From positions 26,871 through 90,870 of the forward strand of contig DATFYN010000028.1 of the NCBI GenBank assembly GCA_035315025.1: DNA of 64,000 bases. Direction: 5' to 3'. Source of the stretch: Myxococcota bacterium (GTDB lineage Bacteria > Myxococcota_A > UBA9160). Positions 36,734 through 45,681 of this stretch are shown in pieces. The notes below the pieces were generated by a model. It had not been told where the DNA came from, ran no database searches, and worked only from the letters and a program-made list of their open reading frames with translations. The number at the start of each line of letters is the position of its first letter. Position 1 is the first letter of the stretch. The translations under genes were made by a program, and so were the position numbers.

Positions 36734-39226
36734 GTGGTGCGCCGGCGATGCGGCCGCGTTGCGGCCGCTGCCCTCGCTCTCCTTTGGGGAGCAGGACTCG
36801 CAACGCTTCATCCCGCGTCTGCCGCAGCGCCGCTCTCGGCGCCCCGGACCCAAGCGGCGACACCTGCGACGCAAGAGCCCGCTCCTGCGACACCGAGCGC
36901 GCCGGCCGAGCCGCCGCCGACGATTGCAGTGCCCGACATCGCCAGTCGCGCGGAGGACCTCTCGACGTTTCTCCGCGGGGTGGAGGCGGGGCTCGCCCCA
37001 AGCCCGCAGCTGAAGGCGATTGAGGACGGTATTCCAGATCTCAGCGACCGGGACGCCGAACAGCTTGCCGATATGGACCGCACGCTCGAGCAAGGGCCGC
37101 AGCTCCACGTGCTGGAGGCGCTGCTCCGCACCTGGACGCGCACCCGCAGCGACATCGCGACCAGCAACGGCTTGCTCACCGACCAAGCAAAGCGGCTCGA
37201 GGACCTGATCGGCGAGCTTGCCAAGCGCCGGGATCTTTGGCGGCGCACCCAGGAAGACGCGCGGGCTTCAGGCGCGCCGGATCCCGTTCTTGACCGGGTG
37301 CAAGAGAGCCTCGCGGCGCTTTCCGTAACGCAGAAGAGCGTCGATAAGCGTAGGGCCGAGATCCTGGCGACGCAGGATAAGGTCACGCGTGAGCTGGCAC
37401 TCGTCGATGACGCGTTGAGCCGTCTCACCGCATATCGCCAGCAGACGGTGGGGAAGATCCTGGTCCGGGACAGCCATCCGGTCTGGGCGATTGACTTGTC
37501 GGGCCGTACCCGTGGGCGCCTTTTCTTTCACGTGAGAGATGAGCTTCGGTCGGACGCCAAGGATTTTCGTGAGTATGCAGCGGACAACCAGGCGCGTCTT
37601 GTGCTGCATCTCCTGGTCTATTTGGCCCTCGCCGCGCTCTTTCGAAGCGGCCGCGCGCGCGCGCGCCGGATGGTCGAGCGTGAACCGACCCTCGAGCCGG
37701 CGACGCGCGTCTTCCAGCTGCCTTACTCGAGTGCATTCCTCTTGACGGCACTCGCGACGGCATGGATCCATCCCGCGCTCCCCGATATGCCGCTACAAGC
37801 TGTCGTGCTGATCGCCCTCGTGCCGGTCCTTCGTGTCGTGCGCGCCTACACGCATCCGGGATTCGTGCCTGGGCTCTACGTCTTCGCTGGCTTCTTTCTG
37901 ACCGATCGGATTCGCTGGATCTGCTCCGCGGCGCCGGTCCTCGAACAAATGCTCTTTCTTGGGGAGATGATGGCCGGCTGCGCGCTCATGGCGTGGGTCT
38001 TGCGACCCGCGCGCCTCGATAAGGTCGAACTCCGCGAGGGTGAGATCGTGGCGCTCCGGAGGATCGGAATCGCAGCGCGCATCCTGTTTTTCGCCTTCGC
38101 GGTAGCGCTCGTCACCGGCGCCTGCGGCTTCATGCAGCTCGGGCGCCTCCTCGGCGGCGGCGCGCTGAGTGCCGTCTACGCCGCGCTTGTGCTCTATGCC
38201 TCCTTGCGGGCATCTCAAGGGCTCGTGGCCTACGGCCTGCGCACGCGGCGGCTGCGGCGCCTGCGCACGGTGGAGCTGAGCCGCGAGCTGATCGAGCGGC
38301 GCGTCAATCGCGGGTTGGTCTTCGCCGCGGTTTTGGGGTGGCTTGCGTGGGTGCTGTTCAAGCTCGAACTCGCCGGGCCCGCGCGCGCTCTCGCGCAGTC
38401 CATTCTTGCGATCCCGATCGCGCCGGGGACCGAGCTTGCCATGACGCTCGGGAACCTCTTCGCGTTTGGGCTCACGGTATACGTCGCGTGGCTGATCTCG
38501 CGCTTTGCGCGCTTCGTGTTGCAGGAGGACGTCTTGCCGCGGCTTTCCCTCGCGCGCGGAGTGGACTACGCGGTTACGACCATCCTGACCTATGTCCTCC
38601 TCATCGGAGGCTTTCTGGTGGCGCTCGGCGCCTTGGGCGTCGACCTCAACCGCGCGAGCCTACTCGCGGGTGCGCTCGGCGTGGGTGTCGGCTTTGGCCT
38701 TCAAAACGTGGTCAACAATTTCGTGTCGGGTCTGATCCTGCTTCTCGAGCGACCGATCCAGGTGGGCGACACCGTACAGATTGGCGAGCTTTTGGGCGTT
38801 GTGAACCGCATCGGGATCCGCTCGAGCACGGTGCGCACGGGTCAGGGCTCGGAGGTGATCGTGCCCAACGGGACTCTCATCTCCGAGCGCGTGACCAACT
38901 GGACGCTCTCCGACCAGATGCGCAGGATCGACTTGACCCTCGGTGTGGGATACGGGTCGGACCCAGAGCGGGTGCTCGCGATCCTGGTGGAAGTCGCGCA
39001 GGCCCATCCGAACGTGTTGCCGCTGCCCGCGCCGACGGCGCTTTTCCGCGGCTTTGGGCAGAGCACACTCGACTTCCAGCTGAGCGCATGGACCAATCAG
39101 CCCGACGGCTGGGTGCAGGTCAAAAGTGAGCTTGGGATCTCGGTCTACCGCAAGCTTCAAGCCGAGGGCCTCGAGATCCCCTACCCCCAGCAGGACGTTC
39201 ACGTCCGCACGCTCCCCAAAACCTAA
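36734..39226 (+). CDS. MscK/KefA-like mechanosensitive channel (MscS family)
   Basis: 830 aa with a signal peptide, a long helical periplasmic region and multiple TMs. The MscS core is GVGVGFGLQNVVNNFVSGLILLLERPIQVGDTV. Confidence 0.9.
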   Translation: MVRRRCGRVAAAALALLWGAGLATLHPASAAAPLSAPRTQAATPATQEPAPATPSAPAEPPPTIAVPDIASRAEDLSTFLRGVEAGLAPSPQLKAIEDGIPDLSDRDAEQLADMDRTLEQGPQLHVLEALLRTWTRTRSDIATSNGLLTDQAKRLEDLIGELAKRRDLWRRTQEDARASGAPDPVLDRVQESLAALSVTQKSVDKRRAEILATQDKVTRELALVDDALSRLTAYRQQTVGKILVRDSHPVWAIDLSGRTRGRLFFHVRDELRSDAKDFREYAADNQARLVLHLLVYLALAALFRSGRARARRMVEREPTLEPATRVFQLPYSSAFLLTALATAWIHPALPDMPLQAVVLIALVPVLRVVRAYTHPGFVPGLYVFAGFFLTDRIRWICSAAPVLEQMLFLGEMMAGCALMAWVLRPARLDKVELREGEIVALRRIGIAARILFFAFAVALVTGACGFMQLGRLLGGGALSAVYAALVLYASLRASQGLVAYGLRTRRLRRLRTVELSRELIERRVNRGLVFAAVLGWLAWVLFKLELAGPARALAQSILAIPIAPGTELAMTLGNLFAFGLTVYVAWLISRFARFVLQEDVLPRLSLARGVDYAVTTILTYVLLIGGFLVALGALGVDLNRASLLAGALGVGVGFGLQNVVNNFVSGLILLLERPIQVGDTVQIGELLGVVNRIGIRSSTVRTGQGSEVIVPNGTLISERVTNWTLSDQMRRIDLTLGVGYGSDPERVLAILVEVAQAHPNVLPLPAPTALFRGFGQSTLDFQLSAWTNQPDGWVQVKSELGISVYRKLQAEGLEIPYPQQDVHVRTLPKT

Positions 39227-39286
39227 GGCGTCGAGTGAGGCAGCCGGCCGCACCGCGCCCGCGCGCCGAGACGCTTTGTCCCGCGC

Positions 39287-39769
39287 TTAGCGCGAGGGCG
39301 GCTCCTTTTCGAGAAGCGCCATCAGATCGAAGGTCGAGACGATCCCCACCAGCACTCCGTCTTTTGCAATGAGCACGCGGTGGATACGGCTTTGGCGGAG
39401 CGTGCGAGCGATCTCATCCACCGGAGCATCGGGCGCAAGCATCAAAGCCCCCTCGGTCATCACTTCGGAGACCGTGCGCGACGCCAGGCGATTCTGAAAA
39501 TCCTCCGGTCCGTTCGCCCAATCGGGACCCGAGAACTCTGCGAAGTCCCGGTAGTAATGGGCCTCCGAGAGCACGGTGTCTTGCTCCTCGGCGGCGCCGC
39601 GCAAGAGATCGCGGGCCGAAAGCACGCCGATCACGCGACCGTCGGCGTCCACCACCGGCGCACCATTGATCTCTTCCTCGACGAAGAGCCGCTGCGCATC
39701 GAGCAAGGAGGCATCGGCTTCAATCGTGACCACGTGGGTCTGCATCACGTCACGGGCGAGTATCGTCAT
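39287..39769 (-). CDS. CBS domain pair protein
   Basis: 160 aa with two CBS repeats (VMQTHVVTIEADASLLDAQRLF...; VMTEGALMLAPDAPVDEIARTL...RIHRVLIAKDG). Confidence 0.85.
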   Translation of the reverse strand: MTILARDVMQTHVVTIEADASLLDAQRLFVEEEINGAPVVDADGRVIGVLSARDLLRGAAEEQDTVLSEAHYYRDFAEFSGPDWANGPEDFQNRLASRTVSEVMTEGALMLAPDAPVDEIARTLRQSRIHRVLIAKDGVLVGIVSTFDLMALLEKEPPSR

Positions 39770-39825
39770 CGCAAGTCCTCCTGCAGGGGGTCAATGCAGA
39801 AGCCATGCCAAGAGCACCCGGAGCG

Positions 39826-40317
39826 CTAGCGCATGTAGGCGGAGGCGAGGGCGTCGACGTATTCGTTCCAGCGCGAGCCGTCGTGGGCGCGGATCCAGCG
39901 CAGGCGGGCCTTGGGATGTGCACGCGCCAGTGAGTAGAGCCTCTTCACGAGCTCGAGGTTCTTGATTTCACCGCTCTTACGTCGCCAGCCACGAGCCTCC
40001 CAGCCCGCTGCCCACTCATTGACCGTCTTCACGCAAAGCTCGCTATCGGAATAGACGGTCACGTCCGCGTCTTGTGGCAGCATGCCAAACGCCTCGATCA
40101 GCGCGGTGAGCTCCATTCGGTTGTTCGTGGTTTCGGGATCAACGCCGCTCTTCTGCGCGCGGATCACATCATTCTCCACCCACACCACGCCCCAACCGCC
40201 CGGGCCGGGATTCCCATCGCACGAGCCGTCCGTGAACAGGCCGCTCGTGGGTCCGCCGTGATAGCGCGCCAGCACCTCTTCGGGCGAGAGCGGCGCAGCT
40301 CGCGAAGTCCTCGCCAT
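39826..40317 (-). CDS. rnhA: ribonuclease HI
   Basis: Motifs FTDGSCDGNPGPGGWG, TNNRMEL, VYSDS and the C-terminal NEYVDALA are present. ATG 40317 was chosen. Confidence 0.9.
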   Translation of the reverse strand: MARTSRAAPLSPEEVLARYHGGPTSGLFTDGSCDGNPGPGGWGVVWVENDVIRAQKSGVDPETTNNRMELTALIEAFGMLPQDADVTVYSDSELCVKTVNEWAAGWEARGWRRKSGEIKNLELVKRLYSLARAHPKARLRWIRAHDGSRWNEYVDALASAYMR

Positions 40318-40336
40318 GGTGCCCGCATCCCCGCCG

Positions 40337-41431
40337 TTACACCCCCACGCGGAAGTGAACCACGTCGCCGTCGCGGACGACGTATTCCTTTCCCTCGACG
40401 CGCATCGCGCCGGCCGCCTTCGAGCCTCCCTCTCCACCGTGCGCGACGTAGTCGGTATAGGAGATGACCTCGGCACGGATGAAGCTGCGCTCGAAGTCGG
40501 TGTGGATCTCGCCTGCGGCCCCGGGTGCAAGCGTGCCGCGACGGATCGTCCAGGCCCGCACCTCCTTGGGTCCCGCCGTGAAAAAGGTGATGAGGTCGAG
40601 CAGCGCATACGCCTCGCGCACCAGCCGGTGAAGTCCCGGCTCGTCCACACCGAGGTCGTGGAGGAACGCCGCCTTCTCCGCCGCGTCAAGCTCGGCGAGC
40701 TCGGCCTCGATCTTGGCGCAGAGGCGAACCACGCGAGCTCCCTCTTCGCGTGCGCGCGATTCGACCTTCGCCGTGAGGGCATTGCCCTTGGCAAGCGAGC
40801 CCTCGTCGACGTTTGCGACGTAGAGGACGGGCTTCGCGGTCAAGAGGAAGCACACGCGCAGCACACCCTCCATCTCACCGGGCCCGGGGTAGGTGCGCGC
40901 GGGGCGGCCCGCCGAGAGATGATTCAGCAAGCCCGAGAAGAAAGCGGCCTCTTCCCGGGCACCTTTGGTTCCGCTGCGCGCGGTACGCTGCGCCCGATCG
41001 AGGCGCCGCTCCACCGTATCGATGTCCGCAAGCCCGAGTTCGGTTTCGATGGTTTCGATGTCTCGGATGGGGTCGATTCCACCCTCCACATGAACGACAG
41101 TTGTGTCCTCGAAACAGCGTACGACCTGCACGATGGCCTGCGTCTCGCGAATGTGAGAGAGGAACTGGTTCCCCAGGCCCTCACCCTCGGAGGCTCCGCG
41201 GACGAGGCCGGCGATATCCACGAACTCGACCGTGGCGGGCACGACCCGTGCGGAGTGCACGATCGCATCCAGCGCGGCGAGCCGAGGATCGGGAACGGGG
41301 ACGACTCCTGCGTTCGGCTCGATCGTGCAGAACGGGTAGTTCTCCGCAGCGATTCCCGCGGCCGTGAGCGCGTTGAAGAGTGTGCTCTTGCCGACATTGG
41401 GTAGACCCACAATTCCGCAGCGCAGTGCCAT
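40337..41431 (-). CDS. ychF: redox-regulated ribosome-binding ATPase YchF
   Basis: The N-terminus is MALRCGIVGLPNVGKSTLFNALT. The C-terminal TGS-like region is AWTIRRGTLAPGAAGEIHTDFERSFIRAEV. ATG 41431. Confidence 0.92.
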   Translation of the reverse strand: MALRCGIVGLPNVGKSTLFNALTAAGIAAENYPFCTIEPNAGVVPVPDPRLAALDAIVHSARVVPATVEFVDIAGLVRGASEGEGLGNQFLSHIRETQAIVQVVRCFEDTTVVHVEGGIDPIRDIETIETELGLADIDTVERRLDRAQRTARSGTKGAREEAAFFSGLLNHLSAGRPARTYPGPGEMEGVLRVCFLLTAKPVLYVANVDEGSLAKGNALTAKVESRAREEGARVVRLCAKIEAELAELDAAEKAAFLHDLGVDEPGLHRLVREAYALLDLITFFTAGPKEVRAWTIRRGTLAPGAAGEIHTDFERSFIRAEVISYTDYVAHGGEGGSKAAGAMRVEGKEYVVRDGDVVHFRVGV

Positions 41432-41773
41432 GGGGTCGCTAGGGTCGGCGGTTTTGGGCGAGCGCGCCAGAGCCCAGCCGTGGCGCTCTCCGCCCCCCAC
41501 TGATACCGGCGGCTTCCGGCCGAGGGAGCGGCGTCGGATCGAGGGCCGGAGGGGGGTCAAAATGCCGAGCCCCTTCCCCTGCGCTCCCGCCCTGCCCTCC
41601 CGTCCGACGAAAAAAAGACCGAAAGAAGCTGTCTCCCAGCGCGCTTTCTCTGGTGCGGCTCGCCCAGCGCCGCACCTCGCAGGCGACCGGCCTTCCCGTT
41701 CGTGGACCTGCGATTTTGCGCAGGCCGGTCCCCGGGAAGGATGCGGGCGCTCCGCTTCGTTGGAAACGCTTCG

Positions 41774-42913
41774 CTATTCCTTCTCCCGCCCCTCTCCGGT
41801 GTATGCCACGAGGAACTTCCACCTCCACTTCTCGTAGCTGCCTTGGATGATCGCAGATCGCGCATCGCCCACGAGCTTTTCGTAGAAGCGAACGTTGTGC
41901 ACCGAGCAGAGGATGGCGGAGAGCACCTCATTGGCTGCGAACAGATGGTGCAGGTAGGCGCGCGAGAAGCCACCCGCGCAAGCCATGCAGTCGCACGAGG
42001 AGTCGATGGGATAGGCATCGCGGCGGTACCGGCGGTGGGTGAGACGGAGGCGTCCGCGCGTTGTGAAGACGGAGGCCGAGCGCGCGTAGCGCGTCGGAAT
42101 CACGCAATCGAACATGTCCATCCCGCAGCCGATGGCCGCGAGCAAGTCCTCGGGCAGGCCGACGCCCATCAGGTAGCGCGGCTTATTCTCTGGCAGAAGG
42201 GGCGCCGCGTGGGCAGTCACGCGCGTCAGGAGCTCATGTCCCTCACCGACGGACACGCCGCCGATCGCGTAGCCGGGCAGATCCATCGCGACAAGCGCCG
42301 CTGCGCAGCGCTCGCGAAGCCGCGGGTACACACTCCCTTGGACGATGGCAAAGAGCGCCTGCTCGTTTGGGCGGACGTGGGCGCGCAGGCAGCGCTCCGC
42401 CCAGGTGAGCGTGCGGCGGACTCCGTTTTCAGCGAGGGCCTCGTCGGCAGGGTACGGCGTGCATTCATCGAACATCATGACGATGTCCGCACCGAGCGCG
42501 TTTTGGATCTCGATGGATCGCTCGGGTGTCAACTCCACCACCGAGCCATCCAGCTCGTTCTTGAAACGCACGCCATGATCTTCAATCTCCTTCTTCGGAA
42601 GGGAGAAGACTTGGAAGCCGCCGCTATCGGTGAGAATCGTGCGCTCCCAGCGCATGAAGCTGTGGAGCCCTCCGAGCTTGGCCACGAGGGCCTCGCCCGG
42701 GCGCAGCATGAGGTGGTAGGTGTTCGCGAGCACGACCTCCGCCCCCGTGCGAGCGACCTGCTCGGGCGTCATGGCTTTGACCGCTCCGTGAGTTCCCACG
42801 GGCATGAACGCAGGCGTTCGGAAGCTGCCGTGAGGTGTCGTCGCGAGACCCGCCCGAGCGGAGCCGGAGCGGGCTTCGAGGGTGAAACGCAGAGGAGAAG
42901 GGCTGTCCGTCAC
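41774..42913 (-). CDS. tgt: tRNA-guanine transglycosylase (queuine tRNA-ribosyltransferase)
   Basis: Motifs FMPVGTHGAVKAM, ANTYHLMLRPG, GGVSVGE and DCVIPTR are present, plus the zinc site CDCMAC...H. Confidence 0.93.
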   Translation of the reverse strand: MTDSPSPLRFTLEARSGSARAGLATTPHGSFRTPAFMPVGTHGAVKAMTPEQVARTGAEVVLANTYHLMLRPGEALVAKLGGLHSFMRWERTILTDSGGFQVFSLPKKEIEDHGVRFKNELDGSVVELTPERSIEIQNALGADIVMMFDECTPYPADEALAENGVRRTLTWAERCLRAHVRPNEQALFAIVQGSVYPRLRERCAAALVAMDLPGYAIGGVSVGEGHELLTRVTAHAAPLLPENKPRYLMGVGLPEDLLAAIGCGMDMFDCVIPTRYARSASVFTTRGRLRLTHRRYRRDAYPIDSSCDCMACAGGFSRAYLHHLFAANEVLSAILCSVHNVRFYEKLVGDARSAIIQGSYEKWRWKFLVAYTGEGREKE

Positions 42914-43100
42914 ACCGCAAGGCTAGCCGGCGCGGCCCCTCTCGCCTGCGTTCGCGGTCCGTCGACGCGGTCGGACGAGGGCCAGGGCCGGCGCCCTGCT
43001 TCGCGGATCCCCACCGTCGTGCGGGCGGGGGCAAGGCACACTGCGCCCGGCGAGGGCTACCCTCGCGTCGGGTACGATCGCTGACTCCGGAGGATCCTGC

Positions 43101-43553
43101 ATGCAGCCGCCTGTCCGCCTCTTGGCTCTCCTCTTCGCGCTCGCATGGCTCGTGGCCTCCGGTTTCCCGGCGGAGGCGGCCGAGCCGAATGCAACGCTCC
43201 AACTCACGGGCGGTGCTGTGGCCGCGGGCGTCGGCTTTAGCTGGGGGAGCGGAACCCTCACCTTCCGCGGCAAGCAGTACCCCGTGAGCGTCGCCGGTCT
43301 CTCGGTAGGCGATGTGGGGATCGTGCGCGCGACCGCCAAGGGAGATGTCTACGGCCTTCAGAAGGTCCAGGATTTCGATGGCACCTACACTGCTTATGCC
43401 GTCGGCTCGACGATCGGCGGCGGCGGTTCCATTGCCACCCTACGCAACCAGAACGGCGTGGTGATCAAGATCGTGGCGACGACACAGGGCCTCAAGCTCA
43501 CCTTGAGCGCAAGCGGCGTGCGGATGACGATCGAGCAGCCGGGAACGCAGTGA
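43101..43553 (+). CDS. hypothetical secreted protein (150 aa, Gly-rich beta-type)
   Basis: The signal peptide is clear (MQPPVRLLALLFALAWLVASGFPAEA) and the codon third positions are G/C-rich. No family was recognised with confidence. Confidence 0.6.
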   Translation: MQPPVRLLALLFALAWLVASGFPAEAAEPNATLQLTGGAVAAGVGFSWGSGTLTFRGKQYPVSVAGLSVGDVGIVRATAKGDVYGLQKVQDFDGTYTAYAVGSTIGGGGSIATLRNQNGVVIKIVATTQGLKLTLSASGVRMTIEQPGTQ

Positions 43554-43556
43554 GGG

Positions 43557-43685
43557 CTAGCGGTAGGTGCTGCGCTGGCCCTTCGTCATGCGGCGGCGGG
43601 CGCGACGAAACTTGGCCTTGAGCTTCGCGCGGTAGCGAGCGCTCTTGCGGCGGTTTCGGTGCGGGAGAGGCTTGGCTTTCTTCAC
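43557..43685 (-). CDS. candidate small highly basic protein (42 aa)
   Basis: The ORF is below the track's length cutoff. From a GTG start it reads MKKAKPLPHRNRRKSARYRAKLKAKFRRARRRMTKGQRSTYR. GAGG lies about 7 nt upstream. Third positions are G/C in the large majority of codons. Confidence 0.35.
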   Translation of the reverse strand: MKKAKPLPHRNRRKSARYRAKLKAKFRRARRRMTKGQRSTYR

Positions 43686-43826
43686 ACGGGACCTCGCTTG
43701 GGGATCGCGGCGGCGCAGCTTAGGAGAACCCTCAGGCCTCGTCCACGGCTGAGTCGCGGATTAAGCTGGCACGGCCAACCCCACCCGATGAGGCCACTCA
43801 TGACCGAAGGCACTCCGCTCTTGCGC

Positions 43827-44984
43827 ATGGCCGACTTCGAGCTCTCGCCCGAGCAACGGCTCGTGCGCCGGGCCGTCCGGGAGTTCGCCGAGAAGGAGAT
43901 CCTGCCCCATGTGGAGCGCTACGAGCGCGAGGAGCGTTATCCGCTCGAGCTGATTGCCAAGCTCCCCCCGCTGGGTTTCATGGGACCGATGATCCCCGAG
44001 CGCTACGGCGGGTCGTTTCAGGACGTTCTCAGCTACGGCGTACTCTGCGAGGAGCTCGCTCGTGTGGACTGGGTCGTGGCGTCCGTCGTGTCGGTCGCCA
44101 ACTCCCTCGTCGCTGGCTCCGTTCTGCGTTTTGGCAGCGAGGCCCAGAAGGAGCGTTGGCTCCCGGGCATCGCGAAAGGCGAGACCCTGTGTTCCGCTTG
44201 CCTGACGGAACCCGGCGGCGGCACCGATCTCGGGAACCTCCGCACCACCGCCACCCCGGACGGGACCGGCTGGCGTCTCACCGGCACCAAGGTCTTCATC
44301 TCGCACGCCGCCCATGCCGGCCTTTTCTTCGTGGTGGCAACGCTGGATCGAGCGCGCAAGCACAAGGGGGTGACCGCGTTTCTTGTCGACCCCCGATCGA
44401 CCTCAGGGATCACCGTGCGCGAGTTCCCCATGCGCACACTCAAGCGCGACAACTTGGCGGAGGTCCACTTCGAGGGGGCGCTGGTTCCCAGGGAAGCGCT
44501 GCTTGGCGAGGAGGGCGGCGGTTTTCCGATTCTCGGCTCCGCGCTCGACATGGGCCGCTATTCGGTGGCGGCGCGCTGCGTGGGTCAGGCCCAGCGTGCG
44601 CTCGAGCTGGCCGCGTCGTACGCGATGCAGCGCGAGGCCTTCGGCCAGAAGATTGGGGAGTTCCAGATGATTCAACAGAAGATCGCCGACATGGTCTGCC
44701 GCACGGAAGCAGCGCGAGCGCTCGTCTACCGACTCGGTCGGATGAAGGATGCGGGCGTAGAGCGGGCATCCATGGAATCCTCCATGGCGAAGCTCATGGC
44801 CAGCGAGGCTGCGACCCACAACGCCCTCGACGCGATTCAGGTCCACGGGGGTTACGGGCTCGCTCAAGAGTACGAGGTGGGGCGTCTTTTGCTCGAAGCG
44901 AAGGCGCTTGAGCTCGGCGAGGGTACGAGTGAACTGCACCGCAAGCTGATCGCGGAGTTCTGCCTCGGCCTAAGGAAATACTGA
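43827..44984 (+). CDS. acyl-CoA dehydrogenase (canonical short/medium-chain type)
   Basis: Motifs CLTEPGGGTDLGNL, QREAFGQKIGEFQMIQQKIADM and the catalytic-Glu context LGEGTSELH are present. The start is uncertain (ATG 43827 or 43800). Confidence 0.9.
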   Translation: MADFELSPEQRLVRRAVREFAEKEILPHVERYEREERYPLELIAKLPPLGFMGPMIPERYGGSFQDVLSYGVLCEELARVDWVVASVVSVANSLVAGSVLRFGSEAQKERWLPGIAKGETLCSACLTEPGGGTDLGNLRTTATPDGTGWRLTGTKVFISHAAHAGLFFVVATLDRARKHKGVTAFLVDPRSTSGITVREFPMRTLKRDNLAEVHFEGALVPREALLGEEGGGFPILGSALDMGRYSVAARCVGQAQRALELAASYAMQREAFGQKIGEFQMIQQKIADMVCRTEAARALVYRLGRMKDAGVERASMESSMAKLMASEAATHNALDAIQVHGGYGLAQEYEVGRLLLEAKALELGEGTSELHRKLIAEFCLGLRKY

Positions 44985-45568
44985 TGGAAGAAGACGCCAG
45001 GGCGAAAGTTACGGCCATGCTCAAGCGCCAGCGCGACGAGCTCTTGAAGCTGATTCTCGAAGTGTCTTTCGAGCGCCGCAAGGTGACCCTCTCGAGCGGG
45101 AAGGAGAGCACCTTCTATCTCGATCTTCGGAAGACGTTGATGCGGCCGCGGGGCATCGCTCTGGCAGGGCAGCTTGTGCTCGCGAAGCTCATGTCGGGAG
45201 CCTGGGTCGACTCGGTGGGGGGAATGGCAGTCGGCGCCGTGCCGCTCGTCTCGGCAGTGCTCGCCGCGGCAGCCGGAGACCCTGCCACCAAGCTCGTCGG
45301 CTTCTTTGTCCGCAAGCAGGCGAAGCAGCACGGCCTCGGCCAGCGGATCGAGGGCGCGTTCGCGCCCGGTCAGACCGTGGCGCTCGTCGAGGACACCACG
45401 ACCACGGGAGGCTCAACGCTCGAGGCCTTGGATGCCGTGACCGCAGCGGGAGGCAAGGTGGCCCGGGTGGTGTGTATCGTGGACCGGGGCGAAGGCGCGG
45501 TTCAAGCCTTCGCGGGACGCGGCATCATCTTGGAGCCCCTCTTCACGCGCGCCGACCTTCCGGTGTAA
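44984..45568 (+). CDS. pyrE: orotate phosphoribosyltransferase
   Basis: The PRPP-binding loop is VALVEDTTTTGGS, with SGKESTFYLDLR also present. Its ATG overlaps the upstream stop (ATGA). Confidence 0.9.
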   Translation: MEEDARAKVTAMLKRQRDELLKLILEVSFERRKVTLSSGKESTFYLDLRKTLMRPRGIALAGQLVLAKLMSGAWVDSVGGMAVGAVPLVSAVLAAAAGDPATKLVGFFVRKQAKQHGLGQRIEGAFAPGQTVALVEDTTTTGGSTLEALDAVTAAGGKVARVVCIVDRGEGAVQAFAGRGIILEPLFTRADLPV

Positions 45569-45603
45569 GGACCCTTCCGCCCGCCGCCTCGCAGTCGCGG
45601 AGG

Positions 45604-45607
45604 CTAG
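45604..45607. repeat. putative 4-bp target-site duplication (CTAG), left copy
   Basis: CTAG lies immediately outside both IS ends (right copy 47332-47335). CTAG is palindromic, so it could instead be part of a longer IR. Confidence 0.5.
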
Positions 45608-45621
45608 CCCGCATTTCTCAC
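45608..45621. repeat. IS left terminal inverted repeat
   Basis: CCCGCATTTCTCAC is the exact reverse complement of 47318-47331. The match extends to 19 bp if the flanking GCTAG is included. Confidence 0.85.
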
Positions 45622-45681
45622 TGAGGGGACTGCGCACCGGCTGACCGTCCCTGCTAACGGTTTGTTGTCAAACGACAAATC

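Noticed and set aside
41432-41773. Expected yajC downstream of tgt
   Set aside because: Translation of the minus strand in all frames gives no YajC-like hydrophobic N-terminus or plausible ORF. The region is treated as non-coding.
41702-43084. 460-aa plus-strand ORF
   Set aside because: It is antisense to tgt, which has all the Tgt signatures.
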